Below are positions 6,669-16,612 of a stretch of DNA of 64,000 bases, in pieces. Origin of the DNA: an uncultured Tenacibaculum sp. (lineage in GTDB: Bacteria > Bacteroidota > Bacteroidia > Flavobacteriales > Flavobacteriaceae); assembly GCA_965364955.1 (NCBI GenBank), contig CBDTZS010000001.1, forward strand, positions 5,324 through 69,323, given 5' to 3'. The notes under the pieces are model-generated. The model was not told the DNA's origin and searched no databases. It saw only the letters and a program-made list of their open reading frames with translations. The stretch's first letter is position 1. Each line of letters opens with the position of its first letter. The translations under genes and the position numbers were made by a program.

Positions 6669-9392
6669 ATGGGGTATATAAAAAAGAAACAAGGAGTTTT
6701 TATCTTTTTGTTTATGTGTACACTAAGTATTTTTTCGCAAGAAATAAAACTCAGTGGTATTGTAAAAGATAGTCTTGGTAATACCTTAGAATCGGCAAAT
6801 ATAATTGCCTTAGATAACGTGACTAATAAGTTAAAATCGTACGCTATTACCAATTCAAAAGGAGAGTATCAGGTATTATTAAATCAGGAAAAGGACTATA
6901 CGGTAAAAGTTAGTTTTATTGGATTTAAACCTATTTCCTTTGAGCTAAATCAAACCGTAGGTGAAGGGGGTTTAATTAAGAATTTTACGCTTTATGAGGA
7001 TAATAGTCAATTAGATGAAGTGTTACTGACTTATGAAATGCCTATAACTGTGAACAACGATACCATTGTTTATAATTCGGATTCTTTTAAAACCGGTGGA
7101 GAAAAAAAACTGCGCGATATTTTAAAAAATTTACCAGGCGTAGAAATAAATGACGATGGCCAAATTGAAGTTGAAGGAAAACAGGTATTGAAAGTGATGA
7201 TAGAAGGAAAAGATTTTTTTGATGGGGATTCAAAAATAGCTGCTGAAAAAATTCCTTCTAATGCTGTTGATAAGATCGAGATATTAAAAAACTTTAGTGA
7301 AATTAGTCAATTAAAAGGAGTCACTAATAACGCCGATAACATCGTTATTAATTTAAAACTAAAAGAAGGTAAAAAGAACTTTTGGTTTGGTGATATTACT
7401 GCGGGTGGAGGTTTTGAAGATCGCTATCTAGTGCATCCAAAGTTGTTTTATTATAGCCCTAAGAAAAGTATTAATATCATTATGGATATTAATAATATTG
7501 GGGAGATTCCATTTACGTCTAAAGACTATTATAACTTTACAGGAGGCTTGAGTAAATCTTTTATGAACTCTGGGACGTTATTTAATATAGCATCTGATTT
7601 GGGATTGTCTCATTTAAAAAATAATAAAGCAAAAGCAGTTGTATCTAAATTTGGAGCGGTAAATTTTAGCTATGCAGCTAGTGAAAAATGGGATTTAAGT
7701 GGCTTTTTTATTTTTTCTAAAAGCGAAGTCGATCTTCTTGAAAAGTCGGTAACACAGTACACCGTAGATAATTTAATAGAACAAAACGAAAAAGTAACCT
7801 TTCAGGATAATACGTTAGGATTAGCGAAATTCAGTAGTTCTTTTAAACCGCATTCGAATTTTCAGTTTGATTATGATTTGTTTATAAAATTATCGAAACA
7901 AGATGAAACCAATGGTTTAGTTTCAAGTTTTTCTGATGTTGAGAATGAGATTTTAACCAAAATGAACAATGATCCATTTTCAATAAAACAAAACGCTAAA
8001 ATATATTATACACTTAACCCTGATAATATATTCGCAACTAGCATACAATATGAGTTGTCAAAAGAAAATCCATTTTACAATGCTTCTTTTTTAGATTTGG
8101 GTGTTAATCCGTCAACTACGGCATTGCCCTTTTCGGGTATATTTCCGTACGATTTAAATCAAGATGATTATACGATTAACCAAGACAAATCGATTCACAC
8201 CAATAAATTGGATGCTAAAGTTGATTATTATTACTTACTGAACGACAAGAGTAATTTAAATTTCAATGTAGGAAGTACTTTAAGTAGCCAGAAATTTAAT
8301 TCATCTATATTTCAAACCCTAGACGATGGAAGTATTGAAAATTTTACCGATCAGAGATTTAGGAACCAAGACGTAACGTATAATTTTACGGATGCATTTC
8401 TCGGACTTCATTATAAATTAGCTCTAGGGAAATTTCTGTTTAACCCAGGTATTAGTCTACATAACTATACGTTGAAAAATGAACAATTGGGAAGTGTTTT
8501 ATCTTCTAATGAAACGAAAGTGTTGCCTAGTTTTTATGTGAATCTTCAATTTCAAAAATCTGAAAGCTTGCGTTTTACCTATTCAAGAACAGCAGCGTAT
8601 TCAGATATCAATAAAATAGCAGAAGGCTATATTTTTAATAATTACAATTCACTATTTCAGGGGAATAGGGCTATAGAAAACGGTTTGTATGATAAATTTA
8701 AACTCAGCTATTTTAGTTTTAGCTTATTTAATTACACCAATGTTTACGCGTCTTTAGCTTATTCTAAAAAGAAGGATGATATAAAAAACAATACTGTTTT
8801 TAACCAAATTAATACGGCGTCTACACCTATAAATTCATTACTTGATGATGAAACATTTTCTGCAAATGCGAGTTGGGGCAAAACGATTGGTAAGTATAAA
8901 GTAAACTTAAAAATGAATCTAGAACAAGCAAATTATTATAATATTATTAATGATGTACAGCAAAAATCGAAAGCATTCATTCAAAATTATACGGCCAGTA
9001 TACTCACTAAATATAAAAAGGCACCGAACTTCGAAATTGGGTATACACGTACCATCAATAACTATAATAATGCAAACACCGAAACGACATTTTATACAGA
9101 TAAACCGTTTGCGAATGTAAAGGCTAAATTTTTAAAGCATTTTTCTTTAAAATCACAATATAGCTTCTATAAGTATCAAAATAAAAACCAGTCTCTTAAT
9201 AGCTATTCCTTTTTGGATGCCAATTTATATTATCAACACGAAGACAGTAATTGGGAGTATAGCTTAGGTTTAACTAATATCTTGAATACTGAATCTTTAA
9301 ATCAAGATAAATTTAATCAGAATTATGCGAGCTCGTCGCAATACTTTATTCAACCACGCTATGCTGTGTTTAGTCTTAAATACAATCTATAA
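6669..9392 (+). CDS. outer-membrane beta-barrel protein with N-terminal carboxypeptidase-regulatory-like domain (TonB-dependent-receptor-like)
   Basis: 907 aa with a signal peptide. The CarboxypepD_reg-like segment is KLSGIVKDSLGNTLESANIIALD...YTVKVSFIGFKP, followed by a plug-like region and a long region of alternating beta-strand pattern. The C-terminus ends FSLKYNL. Confidence 0.75.
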   Translation: MGYIKKKQGVFIFLFMCTLSIFSQEIKLSGIVKDSLGNTLESANIIALDNVTNKLKSYAITNSKGEYQVLLNQEKDYTVKVSFIGFKPISFELNQTVGEGGLIKNFTLYEDNSQLDEVLLTYEMPITVNNDTIVYNSDSFKTGGEKKLRDILKNLPGVEINDDGQIEVEGKQVLKVMIEGKDFFDGDSKIAAEKIPSNAVDKIEILKNFSEISQLKGVTNNADNIVINLKLKEGKKNFWFGDITAGGGFEDRYLVHPKLFYYSPKKSINIIMDINNIGEIPFTSKDYYNFTGGLSKSFMNSGTLFNIASDLGLSHLKNNKAKAVVSKFGAVNFSYAASEKWDLSGFFIFSKSEVDLLEKSVTQYTVDNLIEQNEKVTFQDNTLGLAKFSSSFKPHSNFQFDYDLFIKLSKQDETNGLVSSFSDVENEILTKMNNDPFSIKQNAKIYYTLNPDNIFATSIQYELSKENPFYNASFLDLGVNPSTTALPFSGIFPYDLNQDDYTINQDKSIHTNKLDAKVDYYYLLNDKSNLNFNVGSTLSSQKFNSSIFQTLDDGSIENFTDQRFRNQDVTYNFTDAFLGLHYKLALGKFLFNPGISLHNYTLKNEQLGSVLSSNETKVLPSFYVNLQFQKSESLRFTYSRTAAYSDINKIAEGYIFNNYNSLFQGNRAIENGLYDKFKLSYFSFSLFNYTNVYASLAYSKKKDDIKNNTVFNQINTASTPINSLLDDETFSANASWGKTIGKYKVNLKMNLEQANYYNIINDVQQKSKAFIQNYTASILTKYKKAPNFEIGYTRTINNYNNANTETTFYTDKPFANVKAKFLKHFSLKSQYSFYKYQNKNQSLNSYSFLDANLYYQHEDSNWEYSLGLTNILNTESLNQDKFNQNYASSSQYFIQPRYAVFSLKYNL

Positions 9393-9475
9393 TCGAATTT
9401 ATTCTTTCGTAACAAAAATAATTTCAAACAGAACTAATTAAACCTTACTTCAAACAAAACATTAAATAAATCAAT

Positions 9476-9940
9476 ATGAAACATACACTAGTACTAATCG
9501 CCTTAATCATATCTTCAATCAGTTTTTCTCAAAACCAAAAGGCAGGGGCAAACGAGAACGAAAATAAATGGACGAACATACCTGCTCAAAAGTCAGTAAC
9601 TAATAATACCGATGACGGTTACCCTAATGTTATTGCAATAATACCAGGAACACGCATACCTAACTATGGTGAGTTAAAACGCGGAATTGTGAAATCAATG
9701 AGTCATGTAATAAAAGATCCGAACGGAGTTTCAGACATTTCAAACTATTCAAATATCGATCATGAAGCTTGGGATTGCAGCTATACGGAAGCTTCCAAAT
9801 CTAAACCAGAATATAACATCGTTTATAATTTTCACGTTTACGTTGGTAAAGATTATTATTCAGGTAAAATTAGTCAAAGAATTGCCCGTACAGGGAAAAA
9901 ATTGGTGCACAGAAAAACAGGAGAGATTATTAAACTTTAA
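9476..9940 (+). CDS. secreted hypothetical protein
   Basis: 154 aa with signal peptide MKHTLVLIALIISSISFSQ. No family recognised. Confidence 0.5.
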   Translation: MKHTLVLIALIISSISFSQNQKAGANENENKWTNIPAQKSVTNNTDDGYPNVIAIIPGTRIPNYGELKRGIVKSMSHVIKDPNGVSDISNYSNIDHEAWDCSYTEASKSKPEYNIVYNFHVYVGKDYYSGKISQRIARTGKKLVHRKTGEIIKL

Positions 9941-10048
9941 CTCAGTATATAGACCACCGGTAATAAATAGCATAAAAATAATGCGAATAAATTATTTTGA
10001 ATAATTCTATTCCTTAGTTTTGATAAAACATTTAGAGCACTCAAAAAC

Positions 10049-11095
10049 GTGAAACAAAAATATCATATAGCAAATAAAAACATCTATACAGTACTGATGC
10101 ATGTAGGTTTTTGGAGCCTTGTGTTTTTATGGCCTTTACTGTCGTATGAAGAACTTTCACAAGTACAATATGTAGTGAATAGAAATTGGTTAGCAACCTG
10201 TAGTCTTTGTGTAGTATTCTATATCAATTACTTTGTATTGGTTGATTATTACTTTTTTAACCAACAAAAATCAATGTTTTATGGCTTAAATCTATTATTA
10301 ATTGTTGCTGTTTTTTTTATTGTAAAACATCTCTTAACATTTATTGCTTTTAGTCCCACAATCAATGGTGCTAGGATGAGAGAAGTTCGAAGTACAACAG
10401 TATCTTCTATACAATTAATTTTGCCAATGATTTTAGGTATTGGGATGTGCGTTGGTTTAAAAATTAATAAAAAATGGAGCAAAAAGGAATTACAGTTACA
10501 GAAGGTAAAGCAAACACAATTAGATGCTGAAATTAAATATTTGAGGTATCAAATTCAACCACACTTCCTTTTCAATACTTTAAATAATATCTATTCCCTC
10601 ATTGATAGTGCCCCAAATATAGCAAAAACGTCTGTGCATAGTTTGAGTAAAATGATGCGTTATTTGCTGCATGATTCTGCGGTAAATAAAGTTCCATTAG
10701 TAAAAGAAATTGAATTTTTAGAACGTTATATAGACCTAATGCAGCTAAGAGTGTCTTCTAATTTAACTCTTGAAAAAAGCTTCCCTATCATAAATCAACC
10801 CATCCAAATAGCGCCACTCTTGCTCATTACTTTTATAGAAAATGCGTTTAAACATGGTATTGATGCAGTGCAAGCGAGCCATATAAAGATTAAACTGACT
10901 ATTGAAAAAGAGGCCATTCATTATCATGTGATAAATTCTTCTTTTCCACAAAATAAAAATATAACAGATTCTGGAATTGGTCTTGAAAATTTAAAAAAAC
11001 GACTCGAATTATTATATCCTAATAGATTTGAATTGGTAGAAGAGGAGATTGAAATGGAATATAACGCCAAATTAATACTTAATTTTAAAGCATGA
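10049..11095 (+). CDS. LytS/YehU-type sensor histidine kinase
   Basis: N-terminal TM helices, the His_kinase motif YLRYQIQPHFLFNTLNNIYS, and a C-terminal HATPase region (GIGLENLKKRLELLY). GTG start. ATGA overlap with the downstream response regulator gene. Confidence 0.85.
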   Translation: MKQKYHIANKNIYTVLMHVGFWSLVFLWPLLSYEELSQVQYVVNRNWLATCSLCVVFYINYFVLVDYYFFNQQKSMFYGLNLLLIVAVFFIVKHLLTFIAFSPTINGARMREVRSTTVSSIQLILPMILGIGMCVGLKINKKWSKKELQLQKVKQTQLDAEIKYLRYQIQPHFLFNTLNNIYSLIDSAPNIAKTSVHSLSKMMRYLLHDSAVNKVPLVKEIEFLERYIDLMQLRVSSNLTLEKSFPIINQPIQIAPLLLITFIENAFKHGIDAVQASHIKIKLTIEKEAIHYHVINSSFPQNKNITDSGIGLENLKKRLELLYPNRFELVEEEIEMEYNAKLILNFKA

Positions 11096-11814
11096 TGATT
11101 AAATGTTTGTTGATTGATGATGAACCTTTAGCGCTTGATGTATTAGAGGGCTATGTGAATGCAATTCCATTTTTAAAATTAGTAGCCAGGTGTACTAGTG
11201 CTATTGCTGCTATGGAGATTATGGAAGACCAAGAGATTGATTTGATCTTTTCAGATATTCAAATGCCAAATTTATCTGGGATGGAATTTTCAAAGATGAT
11301 TGTAAATAAAAACACTAAAATTATTTTTACGACAGCATTTGAGGAGTATGCATTAGAAGGTTATAAAGTCAATGCCATAGATTATTTGCTAAAACCCATA
11401 AATTATCCTGAATTTTTTTCTGCAGCAAATAAAGCGAAACAACTAATACTAAATATAGCTACCGCTGCCGAAACAACAACGTATAAAGGGTCTTATATTT
11501 TTGTGAAATCAGATTATAAGTTGATAAAAATTGACTTGAAAGATCTTATATATATTGAAGGGCTAAAAGACTATGTAAAGTATTATACCGTTCATTCAGA
11601 GAAGCCAATCCTATCTTTAAAAAGCATGAAATCTTTAGAGGAAGAACTCTCTGATAAATACTTCATGCGTGTGCATCGATCTTTTATGGTCAACTTGAAA
11701 AAAATAACAACCATAGAACGAAGTCGTATTATTTTTGGAGAAAAATACATTCCAGTTTCAGAAAAATATAAAGAAAGCTTTCAAAAATTTATTGATTCTG
11801 ATTTTTTGAATTAG
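11092..11814 (+). CDS. LytR/AlgR-family response regulator (REC + LytTR)
   Basis: The receiver domain shows LIDDEPLALD and DLIFSDIQMP. The LytTR domain shows IYIEGLKDYVKYYT...FMRVHRSFMVNLKKI. Confidence 0.9.
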   Translation: MMIKCLLIDDEPLALDVLEGYVNAIPFLKLVARCTSAIAAMEIMEDQEIDLIFSDIQMPNLSGMEFSKMIVNKNTKIIFTTAFEEYALEGYKVNAIDYLLKPINYPEFFSAANKAKQLILNIATAAETTTYKGSYIFVKSDYKLIKIDLKDLIYIEGLKDYVKYYTVHSEKPILSLKSMKSLEEELSDKYFMRVHRSFMVNLKKITTIERSRIIFGEKYIPVSEKYKESFQKFIDSDFLN

Positions 11815-11839
11815 CCGAAATGTTTTAAAGCCTTTATTT

Positions 11840-11883
11840 AAAACCAAGTACTAGTTTTTTAGTTTAACGAGTACTTGGTTTTA
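11840..11883. terminator. intrinsic terminator (bidirectional hairpin)
   Basis: AAAACCAAGTACT...AGTACTTGGTTTT forms a 13-bp stem flanked by A and T runs, directly after the LytTR gene. Confidence 0.7.
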
Positions 11884-12013
11884 ATCAATTCGATTGTGTT
11901 AATCACAAAAAACAGCCTTTAATAAACGAGTGGTCAAACCTAGTTTGAAGAGCTTTCAAAGCTTGGTAAAAAGGTATCCGAATTAGTCTGTCAGGTAATC
12001 CGCTATCGTTGGG

Positions 12014-12808
12014 TTATCTAAAACTCCAGTTTTTATAACTATTTGAGGCTTCTAATTTATTTTCGATAGCATCAGGTAGTTCAGGAAAGAAATCAATGCC
12101 CGTTTTTTGCTCCAATTCATCTATAGAAACGACAAATTCATACAAAGGATTTTTACTTTCTTTATGAGGTATTAAAAAAGCAATTGCTTTAATTTCAGGT
12201 TGGGTGTAGTCTAATATTATTTTATAAAATTCATTAGGAACGCTCACCTTCTCTTTTCCGATGGTTTTTAAATTCGAATTTAAAATACCACCAGTAACGA
12301 TATATAAATGATGGTGTTTTTTAGCCCAATAACGTGTTTTTTGCTCAAGTCTATTCCATACACCAGCATTAAAGTCATGCTTTTGAGGAGAAATATTTGA
12401 GGTGTAAAAAGTTTCGTCATGCGCTTCTTTAGAAGAACGCCTATCTGCTGCCGGACATAAATGACCTCTGTCATACCCCGATTTTTTATAACTCCTCCAA
12501 TTGGCCGATTTACTCTTTACTTTCGGGTCATTGATAAAATAAGGACGCTTAAAATTATTGTAAACAATATCGTTCTTATCTAAAGAATAAGCAACCCACT
12601 CAGCTTGTTCATGTTGTTCGTTGTACGATAACTGATATCCATTATGCTTTACAATTACACCCGTTGTTGAACTCGGTAAATAGTTGAAGTTATTTACATC
12701 TTCAATTGTTGTTTCAGAGGGTATATCAATAGTGCTTTCTTTTAGCCAATAACCAACGATTAAAACAATAATAGCGACAACTAATTTTATTTTTTTTGAA
12801 GTACTCAT
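12014..12808 (-). CDS. DNA/RNA non-specific endonuclease (NucA/EndoG-like), secreted or membrane-anchored
   Basis: 264 aa with an N-terminal TM/signal helix. Active-site motif is YDRGHLCPAADR, followed by TFYTSNISPQ. Confidence 0.85.
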   Translation of the reverse strand: MSTSKKIKLVVAIIVLIVGYWLKESTIDIPSETTIEDVNNFNYLPSSTTGVIVKHNGYQLSYNEQHEQAEWVAYSLDKNDIVYNNFKRPYFINDPKVKSKSANWRSYKKSGYDRGHLCPAADRRSSKEAHDETFYTSNISPQKHDFNAGVWNRLEQKTRYWAKKHHHLYIVTGGILNSNLKTIGKEKVSVPNEFYKIILDYTQPEIKAIAFLIPHKESKNPLYEFVVSIDELEQKTGIDFFPELPDAIENKLEASNSYKNWSFR

Positions 12809-13251
12809 TAATCTTTCAATAAGATTTCTTTAAAATTTTCTGTTTTTTCTACTTGATTGAATATTGTTTGAAATTTAACCGGAGGAACTGTTAGTTTTCT
12901 CTTTTCTAAATCTAACCAAGCTCCGTAAACGGTAATTTTAGCTGATAATTTTCCTGCTTCATTAAACACCTCATGTTGAATTTTCCAACGTTCACCTTTA
13001 CTAGATAAGCCTATTACTTTGAGGTTAACAGATATATCAGTTCCCATATGAATTTCACGTAAAAACTTCGTGTTTTCTTCAAATAATATAGGCCCTGTTT
13101 TTTCTGCTGTAAAATCTTGAATAGTAATATTGTGCTCTTTAAAAAAGCGTAATCTTACTTCTGCAGCATAGTCATTATAAGCCGTATGACGCATATGTAT
13201 ATTAGCATCGAAATCTGCCCATCGTGTTTTAAATTGTACACTAAAACTCAT
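12808..13251 (-). CDS. hotdog-fold acyl-CoA thioesterase (4HBT/YbgC-like)
   Basis: TRWADFDANIHMRHTAYNDYAAEVRLRFF is typical of the fold. I moved the start to the ATG at 13251 (MSFSVQF). The stop overlaps the nuclease ATG (TAATG). Confidence 0.7.
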   Translation of the reverse strand: MSFSVQFKTRWADFDANIHMRHTAYNDYAAEVRLRFFKEHNITIQDFTAEKTGPILFEENTKFLREIHMGTDISVNLKVIGLSSKGERWKIQHEVFNEAGKLSAKITVYGAWLDLEKRKLTVPPVKFQTIFNQVEKTENFKEILLKD

Positions 13252-13419
13252 TTGTATCTTTTTTTTGAAAAGCGAAGATACATCTTTTCCTTTTTTTTGC
13301 GTTACCACAAGGGTCGCGCTTTTCGCACTCGCTTTTTGTTTGTACCTCACAAAAGAGCTCAAACAAATGCTGCAATCCCTAACGCAGGTGTATTTGCTAA
13401 CCTTAGGTATACACTTGAA

Positions 13420-14502
13420 TTAAGATTTTACATCTAAAGCATCACGAAGTGTATTACCAATTAGCATAAAAGCCATTACTAAACTCATAATTGCCAATCC
13501 AGGAATTAAGGCTAAAAAAGGTTTGCCTAAAATGATATAGTTATAATGATTTTTAATCATGGCACCCCAAGAAGGAGTAGGAGGTTGTGCACCAATTCCT
13601 AAAAAGCTCAAACCACTTTCAATAAGAATTGCTGCGGCAAAGTTAGCTGCAGAAATAACAATTATTGGTGCTAGAATATTGGGTAAAATATGTTTGAAAA
13701 TAATTCTAAAGTCTGAAAAACCTAAAGCTTTTGCAGCTTCAACATATTGCTGTTGTTTGGTTGTAATTACTTGTCCGCGCACTACACGAGCAACTTCTAC
13801 CCACATCGTTAAGCCAACAGCGATAAATACTTGCCAAAAACCTTTTCCTAAGGCTAAAGTGATCGCGATTACTAATAATAAAGTAGGAATAGACCACGTA
13901 ATATTGATAACCCACATAATAATAGTATCAATTTTTCCGCCAAAATAGCCCGCAATTGCACCAATAGGAATTCCGATTAAAAGAGAGATGAAAACAGCAA
14001 TAAATCCGATAAAAAATGAAATTCTTGCTCCGATTAATAACCTACTTAATAAATCACGTCCATATTTATCGGTACCAAACCAAAATGTTTTTTGTTGAAT
14101 GTGTTTTTCAGGTTGATTCTTAAATAAAGAAAGCGGGTAGGTTTTTGCTAAACCGTCTGAATATTTTAAAACTTCTAATTGATTTTCGGATAGCTTATAA
14201 GATTTTATTGGAATTTCGGTAGGTGAATTTTGTTTCCCATTCATAAAAATTGAAAACCAAGATTGTTGCTTTTTTGATTTAGAAGGAATGCTAAGCATCA
14301 TAACTGAAAAACCTGGCGATTTAGAATGGATTTCTAAATGCATCTGGTTTGCAGAGTTGCTATTGTCTGGAGCAACTGTATAACAAAAAACAGCAATCAA
14401 CCCACAAAAAATAATAAAAGAAAAACTGAATACACCAATTTTACTTTCCTTAAATTTTTTAATAGCTAGTTGCCATAATGAAGTAGATTTTTTAGTCGTC
14501 AA
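13420..14502 (-). CDS. ABC transporter permease (DppC/OppC-like)
   Basis: Shows the GTDKYGRDLLSRL motif, multiple TM helices and an EAAKALGFSDFRIIFKHILPN (EAA loop) signature. Confidence 0.85.
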   Translation of the reverse strand: MTTKKSTSLWQLAIKKFKESKIGVFSFSFIIFCGLIAVFCYTVAPDNSNSANQMHLEIHSKSPGFSVMMLSIPSKSKKQQSWFSIFMNGKQNSPTEIPIKSYKLSENQLEVLKYSDGLAKTYPLSLFKNQPEKHIQQKTFWFGTDKYGRDLLSRLLIGARISFFIGFIAVFISLLIGIPIGAIAGYFGGKIDTIIMWVINITWSIPTLLLVIAITLALGKGFWQVFIAVGLTMWVEVARVVRGQVITTKQQQYVEAAKALGFSDFRIIFKHILPNILAPIIVISAANFAAAILIESGLSFLGIGAQPPTPSWGAMIKNHYNYIILGKPFLALIPGLAIMSLVMAFMLIGNTLRDALDVKS

Positions 14503-14505
14503 TAC

Positions 14506-15756
14506 TTACTTTTTAATAGTTAAAATATCTGATCCTGTAGGGTCTTCGAAAACCTCTAAGTTAAAATATTTTATGCTTGCTAAAATATGATCAAAAATAT
14601 CAGACATGTCTCTCTCGTAAGCTAACCAAGATTTGTTTTTGCAAAAAGCATAAATTTCTAAAGGAATTCCGTTAGCTGTTGGTTGTAGTTGACGAGACAT
14701 GAACAATAACTCTTGATTTATTTTAGGGTGTTGTTTCAAATATTCATCTAAATATTTTCTAAATAAACCAAAGTTCGTTAAGTTTCTACCGTTAATTAAT
14801 AGCGATTTATCAATATTATGTTTTAGATTATACTCTTTTACATCGCTATAAGCAGTGGTAACATAGTTTGTAAGTAAGGCTATTTTTTTATAGTGTTCTA
14901 CGTCTTTATCCGTTAAAAAATGAATGGTATTTATTTTAATTAAGATAGATCGTTTTATTCGACGTCCACCAGAATTATCCATGGCTCTCCAATTTTTAAA
15001 AGAATCAGAAATTAATGAATAGGTAGGGATACTAGTTACGGTATTGTCAAAGTTTTTTACAATTACTGATGCTAAATTAATAGCAGTTACGTTTCCATCA
15101 GCATTGTATTTATCCATGGTAATCCAGTCATTTAAACGCACGGTATCGTTTACCGATATTTGAATACTGGCAACAAAACCTAAAATAGTATCTTTAAAAA
15201 TAAGTAATAATACTGCTGAAAAAGCACCTAAAGCTGTTAGAAAACGAATAAGTGGTTTACCTGTAATAATAGAGAAAGAGATAATGAATCCTATTATCCA
15301 TAAAATCATCATAAAAGTTTGAATGTAGCTTTCTAAAGGTTTGTCTTTAAACGCAGCTAAATTTCTTAAAAAATCTTTTAAAGTTAATAAAAGACTTCTA
15401 ATAAACCATATAATTGAAAAAACAATAGCTACATCAATAATGCGTTCAGCTTGCTTTAAAAGATTAGGAAAATCTATTAAAATAAGCGATAACAATGTGT
15501 AAAGAATAACGAAGACAATGATTCTCGAAATATTTAAGAAGACACGATTTTTAATCAGTAAATCATCGAAATTCGTTTTTGTTTTTGCTGCTATTTTTTT
15601 TACAAACTTACTACCGAAATAGCGAAATACTTTAAAAAATACATAACCTAAAAAAGCTAGAACAATTAAATTTGTTATTAAATTAAGATGAATTGCTGTT
15701 TGGTCTGATGCAGAAAAATGATTCTTGAATATGTAATAAAAAAACTTATTTGACAT
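14506..15756 (-). CDS. mechanosensitive ion channel family protein (MscS-like)
   Basis: TM helices followed by an MscS beta-domain pattern (VRLNDWITMDKYNADGNVTAINLASVIVKNFDNTVTSIPT). Confidence 0.8.
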   Translation of the reverse strand: MSNKFFYYIFKNHFSASDQTAIHLNLITNLIVLAFLGYVFFKVFRYFGSKFVKKIAAKTKTNFDDLLIKNRVFLNISRIIVFVILYTLLSLILIDFPNLLKQAERIIDVAIVFSIIWFIRSLLLTLKDFLRNLAAFKDKPLESYIQTFMMILWIIGFIISFSIITGKPLIRFLTALGAFSAVLLLIFKDTILGFVASIQISVNDTVRLNDWITMDKYNADGNVTAINLASVIVKNFDNTVTSIPTYSLISDSFKNWRAMDNSGGRRIKRSILIKINTIHFLTDKDVEHYKKIALLTNYVTTAYSDVKEYNLKHNIDKSLLINGRNLTNFGLFRKYLDEYLKQHPKINQELLFMSRQLQPTANGIPLEIYAFCKNKSWLAYERDMSDIFDHILASIKYFNLEVFEDPTGSDILTIKK

Positions 15757-15764
15757 AATTTTAT

Positions 15765-16460
15765 TTAAGAGTCAAAAGTAGGTATTTCTTCACCAACTTT
15801 TAAATCGAATTTTTTTCTAAACCAAAATACAACAACATATAAAATAGGTGTGTCTAATGCAGCGATAATAACTTTGAATAAAAAACCGCCAATTAATAAG
15901 TTCGTAAAAATATTCCAAGGAAGTATTTTAAAAGAACATAATAAAAGTAATACCGTAAAAGTATCTATAAATTGAGATAAAAAGGTAGAAAAATTATTAC
16001 GCAACCATAAGTGTTTACCTTTAGTTAAGTTTTTCCAATAATGAAAAAGGCGTATATCAACAAATTGCGCAAACAAATAAGCTAACATAGATGCTAAAAC
16101 GGCTAAAGGAGACAAGCCAAATACTTTAGAAAAGGTAATATCGCCAACAGGTGAATTACTGATTGCTGGAACATAATCGGCAACTAAGATAATTAGCATA
16201 GAAAAAAAGGAAGCAAAGATTCCGGCAATAACAACTTGATTAGCTTTCTTTTTACCGTAGATTTCAGATAATATATCGGTAATTAAAAAAGTAATTGGAT
16301 AGGGTAGAATTCCTACTGAAATTTCAAAACGATACAAATTAAAAGGTTCCCAGTAAAAAAATTTCTGAAAAATTAAATTAGAGGTAACTAATGAGGCAAT
16401 AAATAAGGCAGCTAAAACTAAATAGATAAGTTGCGCTTGCGAGTTTTGTTGTGCTGTCAT
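15765..16460 (-). CDS. yhhQ: queuosine precursor transporter (YhhQ/VUT family)
   Basis: Polytopic protein with the motif PYPITFLITDILSEIYGKKKA, which is typical of YhhQ/DUF165. Confidence 0.75.
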   Translation of the reverse strand: MTAQQNSQAQLIYLVLAALFIASLVTSNLIFQKFFYWEPFNLYRFEISVGILPYPITFLITDILSEIYGKKKANQVVIAGIFASFFSMLIILVADYVPAISNSPVGDITFSKVFGLSPLAVLASMLAYLFAQFVDIRLFHYWKNLTKGKHLWLRNNFSTFLSQFIDTFTVLLLLCSFKILPWNIFTNLLIGGFLFKVIIAALDTPILYVVVFWFRKKFDLKVGEEIPTFDS

Positions 16461-16579
16461 AAAACGAAAGTAGTAATTTTTTTAATTTAAGAGGCTGTTT
16501 ATTTTTACTGGATAGAATGTTTAAAATTATCATTATAATATATAATGATAAGAAGGAAATTGCTACAAATAAAAATGTT

Positions 16580-16587
16580 TATTTTTG
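16580..16587 (+). promoter_or_regulatory. Bacteroidota -7 promoter box (TAnnTTTG) for fabD
   Basis: TATTTTTG ends 25 nt upstream of the fabD ATG. Confidence 0.5.
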
Positions 16588-16612
16588 CTTTAAAATAAAC
16601 AAACAAAAAATA

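Noticed and set aside
9762-10004. Plus-strand 80-aa ORF overlapping the end of the 154-aa secreted protein gene
   Set aside because: It is an alternative frame of the same strand that overlaps a longer ORF carrying a signal peptide. It has no independent support.
13559-13948. Plus-strand 129-aa ORF antisense to the ABC permease gene
   Set aside because: The permease frame has clear family motifs, including the EAA loop. The antisense frame has none.
16517-16612. N-terminal extensions offered by the ORF track (fabD 16517, GLPGLI 5825, thioesterase 13362, lipoprotein 22450, alkB 25590, NifU 52305, proS 55374)
   Set aside because: In each case an internal ATG gives the canonical family N-terminus or a proper signal peptide. 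It also removes overlap with the neighbouring gene or promoter box. The extensions are low-complexity.
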